From: Candidatus Magasanikiibacteriota bacterium
GTDB taxonomy: Bacteria > Patescibacteriota > Patescibacteriia > Magasanikbacterales > UBA922
Reading direction: 5' to 3'
DNA: 64,000 nt
Assembly: GCA_003518365.1 (NCBI GenBank)
Contig: DOYU01000019.1
Location: forward strand, 40,224-104,223
Shown: piece by piece, positions 1 to 8,063 of the stretch
Position numbering within the stretch: position 1 is the first letter of the stretch
Layout: each line of letters begins with the position of its first letter
Translations under genes and position numbers: made by a program
Notes under the pieces: model-generated
The model's database searches: none
Told to the model about the DNA's origin: nothing
The model's input: only the letters and a program-made list of their open reading frames with translations

Positions 1-199
1 TTATTTTTTATGTAGAACTTGGCAGTGTGATGGTACAAATCTTCGGTCGCTATCTCCTCGGGAGACGAATTTTCAAAATGGCACCACTCCATCATCATTT
101 TGAACTACGTGGATGGAGCGAAGAAAAAGTCGTTATGCGATTTTGGTTTATCCATATGGCGGTGGTGTTGCTGGGAATCTGGATAGCACTATTCTAGCG

Positions 200-260
200 A
201 TAAGCAGAGTAAGCAGAATAAGCAATAAGCTTACTCTGCTTACTCTGCCTATTCTGCTTA
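200..260. repeat. Palindromic array of GCAGARTAA / TTAYTCTGC nonamer units
   Basis: gcagagtaa gcagaataa gcaataa | gcttactct gcttactct gcctattct gcttac. Confidence 0.7.
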
Positions 261-267
261 CAAAGTT

Positions 268-1029
268 ATGAGCGACTATCTTGTTTGGGCTGAACAACGA
301 ATCACTGACTTCTCCGAAGCAAACATAACCGCAATGTATGATCGCGGTTTTGTTTGTGTGCGTCCTGAAAATGGATTGATGCAACAGACCAGAAGCATCC
401 GCATTGATCTGTCAAAATTTGAACTTTCGAGCGAAAACAAAAGAATTTTGCGAAAAACAGAAGACCTTGATCTTACAATACACACACTCCCCTATAAAAA
501 CTATACATGGGAAATAGGAAAAATGGGAAAAGATTTTTATGAACAAAAATTTGGTGATGGAACATTTTCTGCGAATAAAATAAAAGAATTGTTGACTGGA
601 AAGCGGGATGATTTTAATCGATTACTTTGTTATGTCATCCCGAACGAAGTGAGGGATCTTTCGGAGGAGACGTCTAGTGAATTAACACGAAACTCAAAAG
701 GTGTGAAGCTCTCGGCTTCGAAAGATCCTTCGACTTCGCTCCGCTCCGCTCAGGATGACAATGCCGTAGGCTACTGCATTGCCGTGGAAACACCCGAAAT
801 CCTACACTACAGCTACCCATTCTACATTCTGCATTCTACATACACCAATCTAGGAATGGGCATGATGCTTCGCGCGATTGCATATGCAAAAGAACAAAAC
901 AAAAAGTACATCTACCTCGGTTCGTTTCAACGTCCTGGAGATATATACAAATTGCAGTTTTCTGGCATGGTGTGGTTTGATGGAGAGGTGTGGAGAGATG
1001 ATTTGGAGGAATTGAAAAAATTAAACTAA
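268..1029 (+). CDS. Arginyl/leucyl-tRNA--protein transferase family protein (Bpt/ATE-like, GNAT fold)
   Basis: N-terminal YDRGF motif followed by SIRIDLSKFELSSENKRILRK, which resembles the ATE_N signature (R-I-D..F..S-K-S-Q-R-K-V-L-K-K). C-terminal part has GNAT-like YIYLGSF. A low-complexity in-frame insert sits at about 651-727. Confidence 0.5.
   Translation: MSDYLVWAEQRITDFSEANITAMYDRGFVCVRPENGLMQQTRSIRIDLSKFELSSENKRILRKTEDLDLTIHTLPYKNYTWEIGKMGKDFYEQKFGDGTFSANKIKELLTGKRDDFNRLLCYVIPNEVRDLSEETSSELTRNSKGVKLSASKDPSTSLRSAQDDNAVGYCIAVETPEILHYSYPFYILHSTYTNLGMGMMLRAIAYAKEQNKKYIYLGSFQRPGDIYKLQFSGMVWFDGEVWRDDLEELKKLN
651..727. repeat. 10-bp inverted repeat (ggatctttcg ... cgaaagatcc) bracketing a 57-nt in-frame low-complexity insert in the Bpt-like gene
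   Basis: Read directly. Encodes DLSEETSSELTRNSKGVKLSASKDP. Confidence 0.6.
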
Positions 1030-1038
1030 ACATGTTTT

Positions 1039-1665
1039 ATGACTAAATATAAGATAGAAACAGATTTTATTTTTCAAAAGACTAAGAAAAAACTTTTTTC
1101 AAAAAAGAACCATTTTATTACTATTAAAAATAATCTTAAACAGAATGAATCCTATACAATAGGTATCAGAATAAAAAATTCAGGAAACAACACTTTACCT
1201 CAGGCTACAATCAAAAATTTAAAGATCCGACATTTAAGCATTGATTTATCACATCAAGAATTTGAGGATTATGATATGTGCATTAATAACCTAATTCCTG
1301 GAAAAACCGAAATTATTTGGTATCCGATGAAATTTGTCACTCTCATGAATGGTTTAATTTGGCTTAACGCGAAAATTGAACCAAAAAACATTTCCGAAGA
1401 GCAAATAACTACTTTCCAAATTGATTCTATAGGACAAGCAAAAAAATATGAAAATAATGAAATAGGGAGTGAACTTTACGTTATCTCTGAAGTAGAAAAA
1501 AAACAAACAATAACTAATTCTTTACTTTTACTACTAACAATAGTTACAACGATTCAGGCCGTATTTGGTTTCAAAAAAGTAATTTCATGGTTTTTTAGCT
1601 TAATACTCTTTTCCCTCGAAAAATTTTTATTGGCAATTCAACTTATTGCTAACTTAATAAAATGA
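1039..1665 (+). CDS. Hypothetical Asn/Lys-rich protein with C-terminal transmembrane segment
   Basis: 208-aa ORF with very low GC (about 30%). The C-terminal hydrophobic stretch is LLLLLTIVTTIQAVFGF...LILFSL. Its stop overlaps the mpl start (ATGA). Confidence 0.4.
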   Translation: MTKYKIETDFIFQKTKKKLFSKKNHFITIKNNLKQNESYTIGIRIKNSGNNTLPQATIKNLKIRHLSIDLSHQEFEDYDMCINNLIPGKTEIIWYPMKFVTLMNGLIWLNAKIEPKNISEEQITTFQIDSIGQAKKYENNEIGSELYVISEVEKKQTITNSLLLLLTIVTTIQAVFGFKKVISWFFSLILFSLEKFLLAIQLIANLIK

Positions 1666-3035
1666 AACACATCCACTTCATCGGCATCTGCGGCGTCGCC
1701 ATGTCAGCACTCGCTATCGCCTATAACAAACGCGGTTATAAAGTAACTGGATCTGACAAAGGCTTTTATCCACCTGTTTCTACAAATTTGCAAGAAGCTG
1801 GTATTGAGTTTTACCCAGGTTGGCATGTGGAAAAGATGACTGCTAAGGGTGATCCAGATGTTGTGATTGTCGGAAATGTCGCAGGATCGGAAAATCCAGA
1901 ATGGCAATACGTGCAAGAACACCAGATAGAATACCTCTCATATCCAGAAGCCATTGCAAAAGATTTTGTCCAAAAAAATTCTATTGTCTGCGCAGGCACC
2001 TACGGAAAATCCACAAGTGCTTCTATTCTGTCGTGGGTCCTCCTCGAAGCTGGCTTTGACCCAAGCTATATGTTTGGTGGCATCAGTCTCAATGATATTC
2101 CAGCAGCAACAATTGGCGACAGCGACTACTCTGTCCTCGAAGGCGATGAATACAAAAGTGCAAGATGGGACAACGGCGCAAAATTCTTCCATTACTCCCC
2201 TACTCATCTGCTTTTGACTTCTGTTGTTTGGGACCATGCAGATGTGTATCCGACAGAAAAAAGTTATGAAAACGCGTTTGAAAAACTCGTGAAAGGACTT
2301 CCAGAAAATGGACGACTTGTGGTTTCAGAAAAAGTACCCGAACAAATTGCCAAATTGCCAAATTGCCAAATTGTTACTTATGGAAAGGGCGAAAACAATG
2401 ATTATCGCTACGACGATGTAAAAACGACAAAAGAAGGGACATCATTCACCATTTACAACAATTCAAACACCTACAACATTTCAACATCAAGTCTAGGAGA
2501 CTACATGGCCGACAACATGACAGGATGTTTTGTCATGGCTCACCAACTTGGGATGAAACCAGAAAACATCATCAAACATCTGTCAACATATAAAAATATC
2601 AAGCGCCGACTCGAAAAAAGATTTGATGGTGATATCACTGTCTTTGACGACATTGCACACTCCCCTACCAAAGCAGAAAAAGTATTGGAAAGTATCCGAA
2701 AGTTATATGATGGAAAAATCTTCGTCGTCTTCGAGCCAAACACCGGCAATAGAAAACCAGCATCACTGCCCGGATACGACAATGCCTTTGTCAGCGCAGA
2801 TGAAGTCATCATCCCTCGCCTCTCACGTGTGAAAGTAGATGAAGAAGATCCAGACAAACCAATCTACGGCAAAGAACTTGCAAACGCGATTGCAAAAACG
2901 CACAGCAACGTTCACTTCATGCCAAACGATGATGAACTCGTCGAGTATCTGCTACAAGAAACAAAAAAAGGCGATGTTGTCGCCTTTCTCGGAAGTCATG
3001 GATTTCGTGGGATGATTTCGCAGCTGGTAAGCTAA
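1662..3035 (+). CDS. mpl: UDP-N-acetylmuramate:L-alanyl-gamma-D-glutamyl-meso-diaminopimelate ligase (murein peptide ligase Mpl)
   Basis: Mur ligase family. N-terminus HIHFIGICGVAMSALAIAY...GYKVTGSDKGFYPPVSTNLQEAGIE matches the Mpl signature (GSDANVYPPMSTLLEKQGIE), and EGDEYKSARWDNGAKFFHY..DHADVY matches the Mpl EADEYD...FDHADIF block. MurC is not excluded. Contains the in-frame octamer repeat (AAATTGCC)x3.75 at about 2344-2373. Confidence 0.75.
   Translation: MKHIHFIGICGVAMSALAIAYNKRGYKVTGSDKGFYPPVSTNLQEAGIEFYPGWHVEKMTAKGDPDVVIVGNVAGSENPEWQYVQEHQIEYLSYPEAIAKDFVQKNSIVCAGTYGKSTSASILSWVLLEAGFDPSYMFGGISLNDIPAATIGDSDYSVLEGDEYKSARWDNGAKFFHYSPTHLLLTSVVWDHADVYPTEKSYENAFEKLVKGLPENGRLVVSEKVPEQIAKLPNCQIVTYGKGENNDYRYDDVKTTKEGTSFTIYNNSNTYNISTSSLGDYMADNMTGCFVMAHQLGMKPENIIKHLSTYKNIKRRLEKRFDGDITVFDDIAHSPTKAEKVLESIRKLYDGKIFVVFEPNTGNRKPASLPGYDNAFVSADEVIIPRLSRVKVDEEDPDKPIYGKELANAIAKTHSNVHFMPNDDELVEYLLQETKKGDVVAFLGSHGFRGMISQLVS
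2344..2373. repeat. Tandem octamer microsatellite (AAATTGCC)n inside the mpl CDS
   Basis: Read directly: aaattgcc aaattgcc aaattgcc aaattg, encoding QIAKLPNCQIV. A related array occurs in the GT4 gene at 21221-21252. Confidence 0.9.
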
Positions 3036-3084
3036 TAAGCAGTAAGCAGAATAAGCAAATAAGCGATAAGCAAACTTAGACCGT

Positions 3085-3195
3085 TCCTTCTCCTTGTAGG
3101 AGAAGGACAGGATGAGGTCTCAACCGTTCATAATTTAGATATGCTTTGCAAGTGCTGAGACCTCTCTCTGTCTCTCTCCTAACAGGAGAGAGAAC
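3085..3195. repeat. Nested polypyrimidine/polypurine palindromes in a convergent-gene terminator zone
   Basis: ttctccttgtaggagaagga; gaggtctca-N33-tgagacctc; tctctctcct-aaca-ggagagaga. Lies between the mpl 3' end and the 3' end of the LysW-like gene. Preceded at 3035-3075 by a TAAGCAG-unit array. Confidence 0.7.
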
Positions 3196-3212
3196 GTACT
3201 AACAAGCTCGTC

Positions 3213-3377
3213 CTATTTCCCCTCCTCTACAATTTCTGCTTCAAGATGCTCTTCCTCCATCTTCGTCACTTCTAGCGTAATGCCACACATCTGACATTCT
3301 ACGACATGTCCAACAGCAAGATCAGGATATGAAGAAAGGTCGACATCGTTTTTGCATTCAATACAGGTAAGCATCAT
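3213..3377 (-). CDS. LysW-like zinc-ribbon small protein (amino-group carrier protein-like), 54 aa, not in the ORF track
   Basis: Reverse-strand translation gives MMLTCIECKNDVDLSSYPDLAVGHVVECQMCGITLEVTKMEEEHLEAEIVEEGK. The CxxC-N17-CxxC pattern and the acidic tail resemble LysW (TCPECGAELRL..GELVVCEDCGAELEV...). The terminal EDWGE is absent. Confidence 0.4.
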   Translation of the reverse strand: MMLTCIECKNDVDLSSYPDLAVGHVVECQMCGITLEVTKMEEEHLEAEIVEEGK

Positions 3378-3400
3378 ACAATAGTTGCGTTAAGAGCTCA

Positions 3401-4363
3401 ATGAATGATAGGATAGCAGATGTTCAACGATTTGGCAACATAGCATATTTCCCCATGAAGACGCCACAGCAATCAAATCCAAACCTTGCAAAGGCACTCG
3501 GCACACCGAGCGTATTTTTGAAACGCGAAGACGAGCATCCATACGGATCACACAAAGGACGTTCTATCCCTCACATGATGAAAACGTATGTGAAGCGTGA
3601 TGGAATTCGTGATTTTGTCATTTCAAGCTCTGGCAATGCGGCACTTGCTGCCATCCGCATGGCAGTAAAGCATAATCAGAATAATCCTGAAAAACAAATT
3701 ACATTGCGAGTGTTTGTAGGAAATAATATCGATGAAAAAAAATTGCAAAAACTGCATTTTGAAATCAGTACTCAGACATCTGACATCAGTATTGAACAAG
3801 TTGAAAGACCAAAGCAAGAAGCATTCAAACTTGATAAAGAAGGAACCGCGAAATCGCTCCGACAATCCACCGATGACCTCGCACTTGAAGGATATCACGA
3901 ACTTGCGTATGAACTCATGAAAATTCCAGATCTCAAAGCAGTCTTCATTCCTACTTCTTCTGGAACCACAGCTCAAGCTCTTGCAGAAGTATTTGCAAAA
4001 GAACAACCGTTCACACAAGTTCATATCGTACAAACAACAGCGTGTCACCCACTTGCTGAAGCCCTGGGTGCCACGTCTCTCCCCCTTACCAAGGGGGAGA
4101 ACAAGAGGGGGTCTATCGCCGGAGCGATCGTCGACAACGTCGCTCTTCGCAAATCAGCAGTTGTTGAAAGTATTACAAAAACACATGGCAACGGATGGAT
4201 CGTGACAGACGAAGACATCACCTCCGCACAACAAATAACACAACAAACAACGGGCATTTCTATTTCACCAAATAGTGCACTCGCTGTTGCAGGATTGAAA
4301 AAGGCAATTGATACGGGAACAACGTTTGAAGGTGCTGTTGCATGTGTGATTACAGGTGCATAA
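3401..4363 (+). CDS. PLP-dependent enzyme, fold type II (threonine synthase / Trp-synthase beta superfamily), divergent
   Basis: Lysine-containing GSHKGRS motif and SSGNAALAAIRMAV Gly-rich region, with a C-terminal PLP-fold pattern. A 42-nt palindromic element is inserted in-frame at about 4076-4117. Confidence 0.55.
   Translation: MNDRIADVQRFGNIAYFPMKTPQQSNPNLAKALGTPSVFLKREDEHPYGSHKGRSIPHMMKTYVKRDGIRDFVISSSGNAALAAIRMAVKHNQNNPEKQITLRVFVGNNIDEKKLQKLHFEISTQTSDISIEQVERPKQEAFKLDKEGTAKSLRQSTDDLALEGYHELAYELMKIPDLKAVFIPTSSGTTAQALAEVFAKEQPFTQVHIVQTTACHPLAEALGATSLPLTKGENKRGSIAGAIVDNVALRKSAVVESITKTHGNGWIVTDEDITSAQQITQQTTGISISPNSALAVAGLKKAIDTGTTFEGAVACVITGA
4076..4117. repeat. In-frame palindromic element TCTCCCCCTTACCAAGGGGGAGA...AGAGGGGGTCT inside the PLP-enzyme CDS
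   Basis: Read directly. A near-identical element (tctccccctaccagggggag cta gagggggtct) occurs at 42322-42362 downstream of the GIY-YIG gene. Encodes SLPLTKGENKRGSI. Confidence 0.8.
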
Positions 4364-4402
4364 CTTACAATATACTTTGGGTGAGTCAAAAAGGAGGTTC
4401 AC

Positions 4403-4627
4403 GTGAATCAGGTACATACGTGCCCGAAACATCGTGGCACTCTGGTAACTCCGACAGATACAACATGTCACAATCATGCTGGATCACTTCAGCAACGATT
4501 CCATAACATGCACTGTCGTCACCTACATTGCCCATACGCGCTGAAAAGCGCGGAAAGGCACATAGACGTCCCCACGCACGAGCCAAGAAATTGGCTGGAG
4601 CGTGTGCTCAAATTTCTGAGCAGCTAA
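4403..4627 (+). CDS. Small Cys/His-rich hypothetical protein (possible metal-binding)
   Basis: Strong SD AAGGAGG 5 nt upstream of a GTG start. Protein is 74 aa with HTCPKH...CHNH...HCRHLHCPY. Followed by a T-run terminator at about 4677-4708. Moderately elevated GC. Confidence 0.35.
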   Translation: MNQVHTCPKHRGTLVTPTDTTCHNHAGSLQQRFHNMHCRHLHCPYALKSAERHIDVPTHEPRNWLERVLKFLSS

Positions 4628-4676
4628 ACAACGGGTTTCGTTCATCGAAGCCCTCACCCAAAGTATATGGTAAAAA

Positions 4677-4708
4677 ACGTTCGAGACATCTCGAGCGTTT
4701 TTTTTATT
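4677..4708 (+). terminator. Rho-independent terminator candidate
   Basis: Short hairpin tcgag-acat-ctcga followed by TTTTTTTT. Confidence 0.45.
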
Positions 4709-4747
4709 TCCTAGTTTCAGGTTCCCAGCTACCAGTCCCAAATTATT

Positions 4748-5896
4748 TCACCACCAAATCAATCCCCTCACTACAATCCAATAATAGACTTCCATCACAG
4801 GATTTCCAACATACAAGACCAATGGATGTTCTGTTTCTTTTTCTTGAAAAAATATTCCCCGAGCAACGTTATGCAAAAATTCCCTATCAGTAATTTTTCT
4901 TGTTTTCTGAATCTTCAATCGCTTGTTCCACCACAGTTGCCAATGTTCTTTTTTACACCAATACTGATACACCTTTTTCTTTTCACCAGCCCACCCACCT
5001 TTTATCGCAAAGAGCCAGAGACCGAGCTCCAGTAGGACAAGGATAGGAAGTAAAAGCAGTAATGTAGGAATGCGATAATATAACAAAAGCAATGCATACC
5101 TATTTCTCTCCATCCAAAAATATTTTGATATGCTTTTACTAAATTGATATTTGTGAAAAAATTCTGCATCCTTTATCAGCACAGTTCTGTACTGTTGCAT
5201 TTTTAATCGTAATGAATAGTCTGTATCTTCGTGATAGAGAAAATAATCTTCATCCCATAACCCGTATTCTTTTAGCAAATCCGTTCTGAGCATCGTACCA
5301 GCGCCACTAAGATATCCAACGTCAGCAACGGCAGGAACATCTACGGTTTCTTTTTTCCAGCGGTAGTAATTGCCATATCCAAAGCCGAGGTAATGAAACG
5401 CATTTCCAGCAGTATTTACCAAATCCGTCTCAGGATGGAGTAAAATCATTGGCTGGCTAGCACCAATTTTTTTATCAGCTTCCATTGCATCAACCATTTT
5501 TTCAATACAATTCTCTCCGAGGTATGCATCACCGTTGTGCAGGAACACATAGTCATATCCATTGTCTATCGCCCACTGCATACCCAGATTATTTCCACCA
5601 GAAAATCCCAAATTTTCTTTTTGTGGGAGGAATGTTGTATGAGGCAACTTGTCCGCGTGTTTTGCCAACGTTTCTTCAATGTACGGCACCGCAGATACAT
5701 GCTCTGGTCGATGCGTATTGTATACGAGCAAAAATTCAATAGCATTTTTTGGATATGTTTGCGAGACAACACCAGCAATAGCATCTTCGAGATACTGCTG
5801 AGGCTCCTGATCCCAGAGGAGATACATGATGACGACTTTATTCCGAGCAGAACGAAGCAGCGGCGAGGAATCTGTTGTATGCGTATCGTTCATCAT
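4748..5896 (-). CDS. Glycosyltransferase family 2 (rhamnosyltransferase-like) with C-terminal membrane segments
   Basis: GT2 fold motifs VVIMYLLWDQ...FLLVYNTH and DYVFLHNGDAY. C-terminal hydrophobic LLLLLPILVLLELGLWLF. Confidence 0.8.
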   Translation of the reverse strand: MMNDTHTTDSSPLLRSARNKVVIMYLLWDQEPQQYLEDAIAGVVSQTYPKNAIEFLLVYNTHRPEHVSAVPYIEETLAKHADKLPHTTFLPQKENLGFSGGNNLGMQWAIDNGYDYVFLHNGDAYLGENCIEKMVDAMEADKKIGASQPMILLHPETDLVNTAGNAFHYLGFGYGNYYRWKKETVDVPAVADVGYLSGAGTMLRTDLLKEYGLWDEDYFLYHEDTDYSLRLKMQQYRTVLIKDAEFFHKYQFSKSISKYFWMERNRYALLLLYYRIPTLLLLLPILVLLELGLWLFAIKGGWAGEKKKVYQYWCKKEHWQLWWNKRLKIQKTRKITDREFLHNVARGIFFQEKETEHPLVLYVGNPVMEVYYWIVVRGLIWW

Positions 5897-5948
5897 AGTT
5901 CGTATCTTCGTAAAATTTCGTAGTTCGTACTCTTGCGTACGTTCGAGG

Positions 5949-6914
5949 TTAATAATAAAATCTACTATTCCCTCGCCATTTCAAAAAATACTTGAGCCAA
6001 CTCTTGATATGCTGTCGTGCATATTTGTTTTTCAGTAAAGCATTCACAATACCAGGTACTTTTGCAGAAGCACGCTTATGCACATGAGAAAGTGAAATAT
6101 CGTGCACATAATATACTGGCCAATGTTCTTCCCACATGCGTCGACACCAATCTGAGTCTTCTGCATACATCCAAAAGCGTTCATCAAAGACACCCACAGC
6201 ATCAATCGCTTGTTTTCGTACAAACATAGCTGACCCCATAATCCAATCAACTGGCTGTGTCTTATCATGATCAAAATCTTTCATCAGAAAATTGTCTGCA
6301 ATTTTTTTTCCCTTTCCTTTATTTCCTAGAGACGTTCTGCTATACACAGGTTGCAAAAAAGTTGGAAATCGATAGCACGAGTATTGCAATGTCCCATCCG
6401 GATAAAAAATCTTTGGTCCCATGATTCCCACCTTTGGGTGTGATTCCATATATGAAAAACATTTCTGCAAAAACCCTTGACCAGCGGGAAACGTAGTATC
6501 TGGATTGAGGACAAAATAATAGGTTGCGTCTACTGCTCCTATAGCTTTATTGTGAGACTTTCCAAATCCTTCATTTTTTTCCTGACGAAGTACGGTGATA
6601 TTGGAAAATTTTTCCTTTACTATAGGCTCAATATCTTCTGCAGAATGATTGTCAACGATCACCACAGCGACATCAAGCCCACTGTCTTTTGAATCAGCAA
6701 AAAGGGACGTAAGACATCGTACGATGTCTTCAGCCTCGTTTGTATTTACCATTGTGATACAAATATCGTGCATAGTATGATTATTCCAATCTTTAGTGTC
6801 ATCCTGAACTTGATTCAGGATCTGTACCACTTCAGACGTCCTCAATATGAAAGATTCTGAATCAAGTTCAGAATGACAATTTTCTTTCAAAACCAACGTC
6901 TCAACCCTTTCCAA
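5949..6914 (-). CDS. Glycosyltransferase family 2
   Basis: VAVVIVDNHSAED...YYFVLNPDTTF and DSDWCRRMWE, which is GT2 DXD-type architecture. Confidence 0.8.
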   Translation of the reverse strand: MERVETLVLKENCHSELDSESFILRTSEVVQILNQVQDDTKDWNNHTMHDICITMVNTNEAEDIVRCLTSLFADSKDSGLDVAVVIVDNHSAEDIEPIVKEKFSNITVLRQEKNEGFGKSHNKAIGAVDATYYFVLNPDTTFPAGQGFLQKCFSYMESHPKVGIMGPKIFYPDGTLQYSCYRFPTFLQPVYSRTSLGNKGKGKKIADNFLMKDFDHDKTQPVDWIMGSAMFVRKQAIDAVGVFDERFWMYAEDSDWCRRMWEEHWPVYYVHDISLSHVHKRASAKVPGIVNALLKNKYARQHIKSWLKYFLKWRGNSRFYY

Positions 6915-8017
6915 TACATTTTTCTACTCTTTACAATAGCCTTTCTCGCTCGTCGTGTATATCCCACATGTTTCAATATTTCAAACCAACCAAGGAAAAT
7001 CGTGCGCGGATCAGTAAACAAAATAAATCCAAATTTCTTTGCTTCGTACCAAAAAATGAATGGAAGATCACGCAACACATTTTGCCAGTATTCATTTTTA
7101 TACAGTGTCCGCAAATGATTTTTATATGAATGAAATCTGATATACGGTGATTGTCGACGCTTATTTTTTATTGCGGCAACATCGGTATGTTTTTTTGGTG
7201 CCGCACCGGTACGATCATGATACGCTACACTTTTCAGCAAGACATATGAGGTAAAGCCAGCATTACGCATGCGATATGCCAAATCAAGATCCTCTTTATA
7301 CGAACCATACGTAGGATCAAAAATGGCATCCTCTGGCAAGAGCAATGTATCAATCATTTTTTTCCGAAACATCGCAAGCGCACCAGACACACCAAACACT
7401 TCAACATACGTCTTCTCATATAATCTCTGCACATCCGTACTTGCACTTGCCTCTTCCCAAGTGTATTGCGCGAGCCATTCTACGGCACGTCTATTTCTAA
7501 AGAGTCTCACCCCAATCGCATCGATATCTCTTGTGTATCCAGCCTTTGCAGCGACGTCTCTCTCTTGTTGTTTTTTTGCTGATGCGTCTACTTGTGCGAA
7601 ATCCCATCTCATGAGCCGTGGCGCAACAGACGCAACATCTTTTTGTTCATCAAGAAAAGACACCATATCCGCAAACACGGTTGGTTCGAGATACATGTCA
7701 GGATTGAGCATGAGAAAATACGCAGCATCGGATACTCGATAGGCTTTATTATGCGCTTTTGCAAATCCTTCATTTGTGTCACTATGCAGGATGCGATAAG
7801 ATCTTCCCATTTCTTTTGCAAATCCTTCTGCAACAGAGATGACATCTCCATCAGCAGCATTATCAACAATCAGCAGTTCCCAATCTTGAAACGTCTGCTT
7901 TTTCAGAGAATCAAATAAATATGGAAGATACTTTGCTTCTCCCTTACTATAGAGCGCGAGACTTACGGTGAGTTTATTCATAAGATGAATACTGATATTC
8001 AGATAATCCAGATCCAC
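6887..8017 (-). CDS. Glycosyltransferase family 2
   Basis: LALYSKGEAKYLPYLFDSLKKQTFQDWELLIVDNAADGD and YFLMLNPDMYLEP. The true start is probably an internal Met (MNKLTVSLALY). Confidence 0.8.
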   Translation of the reverse strand: MDLDYLNISIHLMNKLTVSLALYSKGEAKYLPYLFDSLKKQTFQDWELLIVDNAADGDVISVAEGFAKEMGRSYRILHSDTNEGFAKAHNKAYRVSDAAYFLMLNPDMYLEPTVFADMVSFLDEQKDVASVAPRLMRWDFAQVDASAKKQQERDVAAKAGYTRDIDAIGVRLFRNRRAVEWLAQYTWEEASASTDVQRLYEKTYVEVFGVSGALAMFRKKMIDTLLLPEDAIFDPTYGSYKEDLDLAYRMRNAGFTSYVLLKSVAYHDRTGAAPKKHTDVAAIKNKRRQSPYIRFHSYKNHLRTLYKNEYWQNVLRDLPFIFWYEAKKFGFILFTDPRTIFLGWFEILKHVGYTRRARKAIVKSRKMYWKGLRRWF

Positions 8018-8063
8018 GGATTGATATATCTGTAAATCTGGATTATCCGTATATCCGGATACG

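Noticed and set aside
3623-4048. Antisense ORFs inside large genes (for example 3623-4048 minus strand, 22327-22854 minus strand, 60433-61236 minus strand, 36721-37230 + strand)
   Set aside because: They lie fully within well-supported CDSs on the opposite strand, and their low-complexity composition is typical of shadow ORFs.
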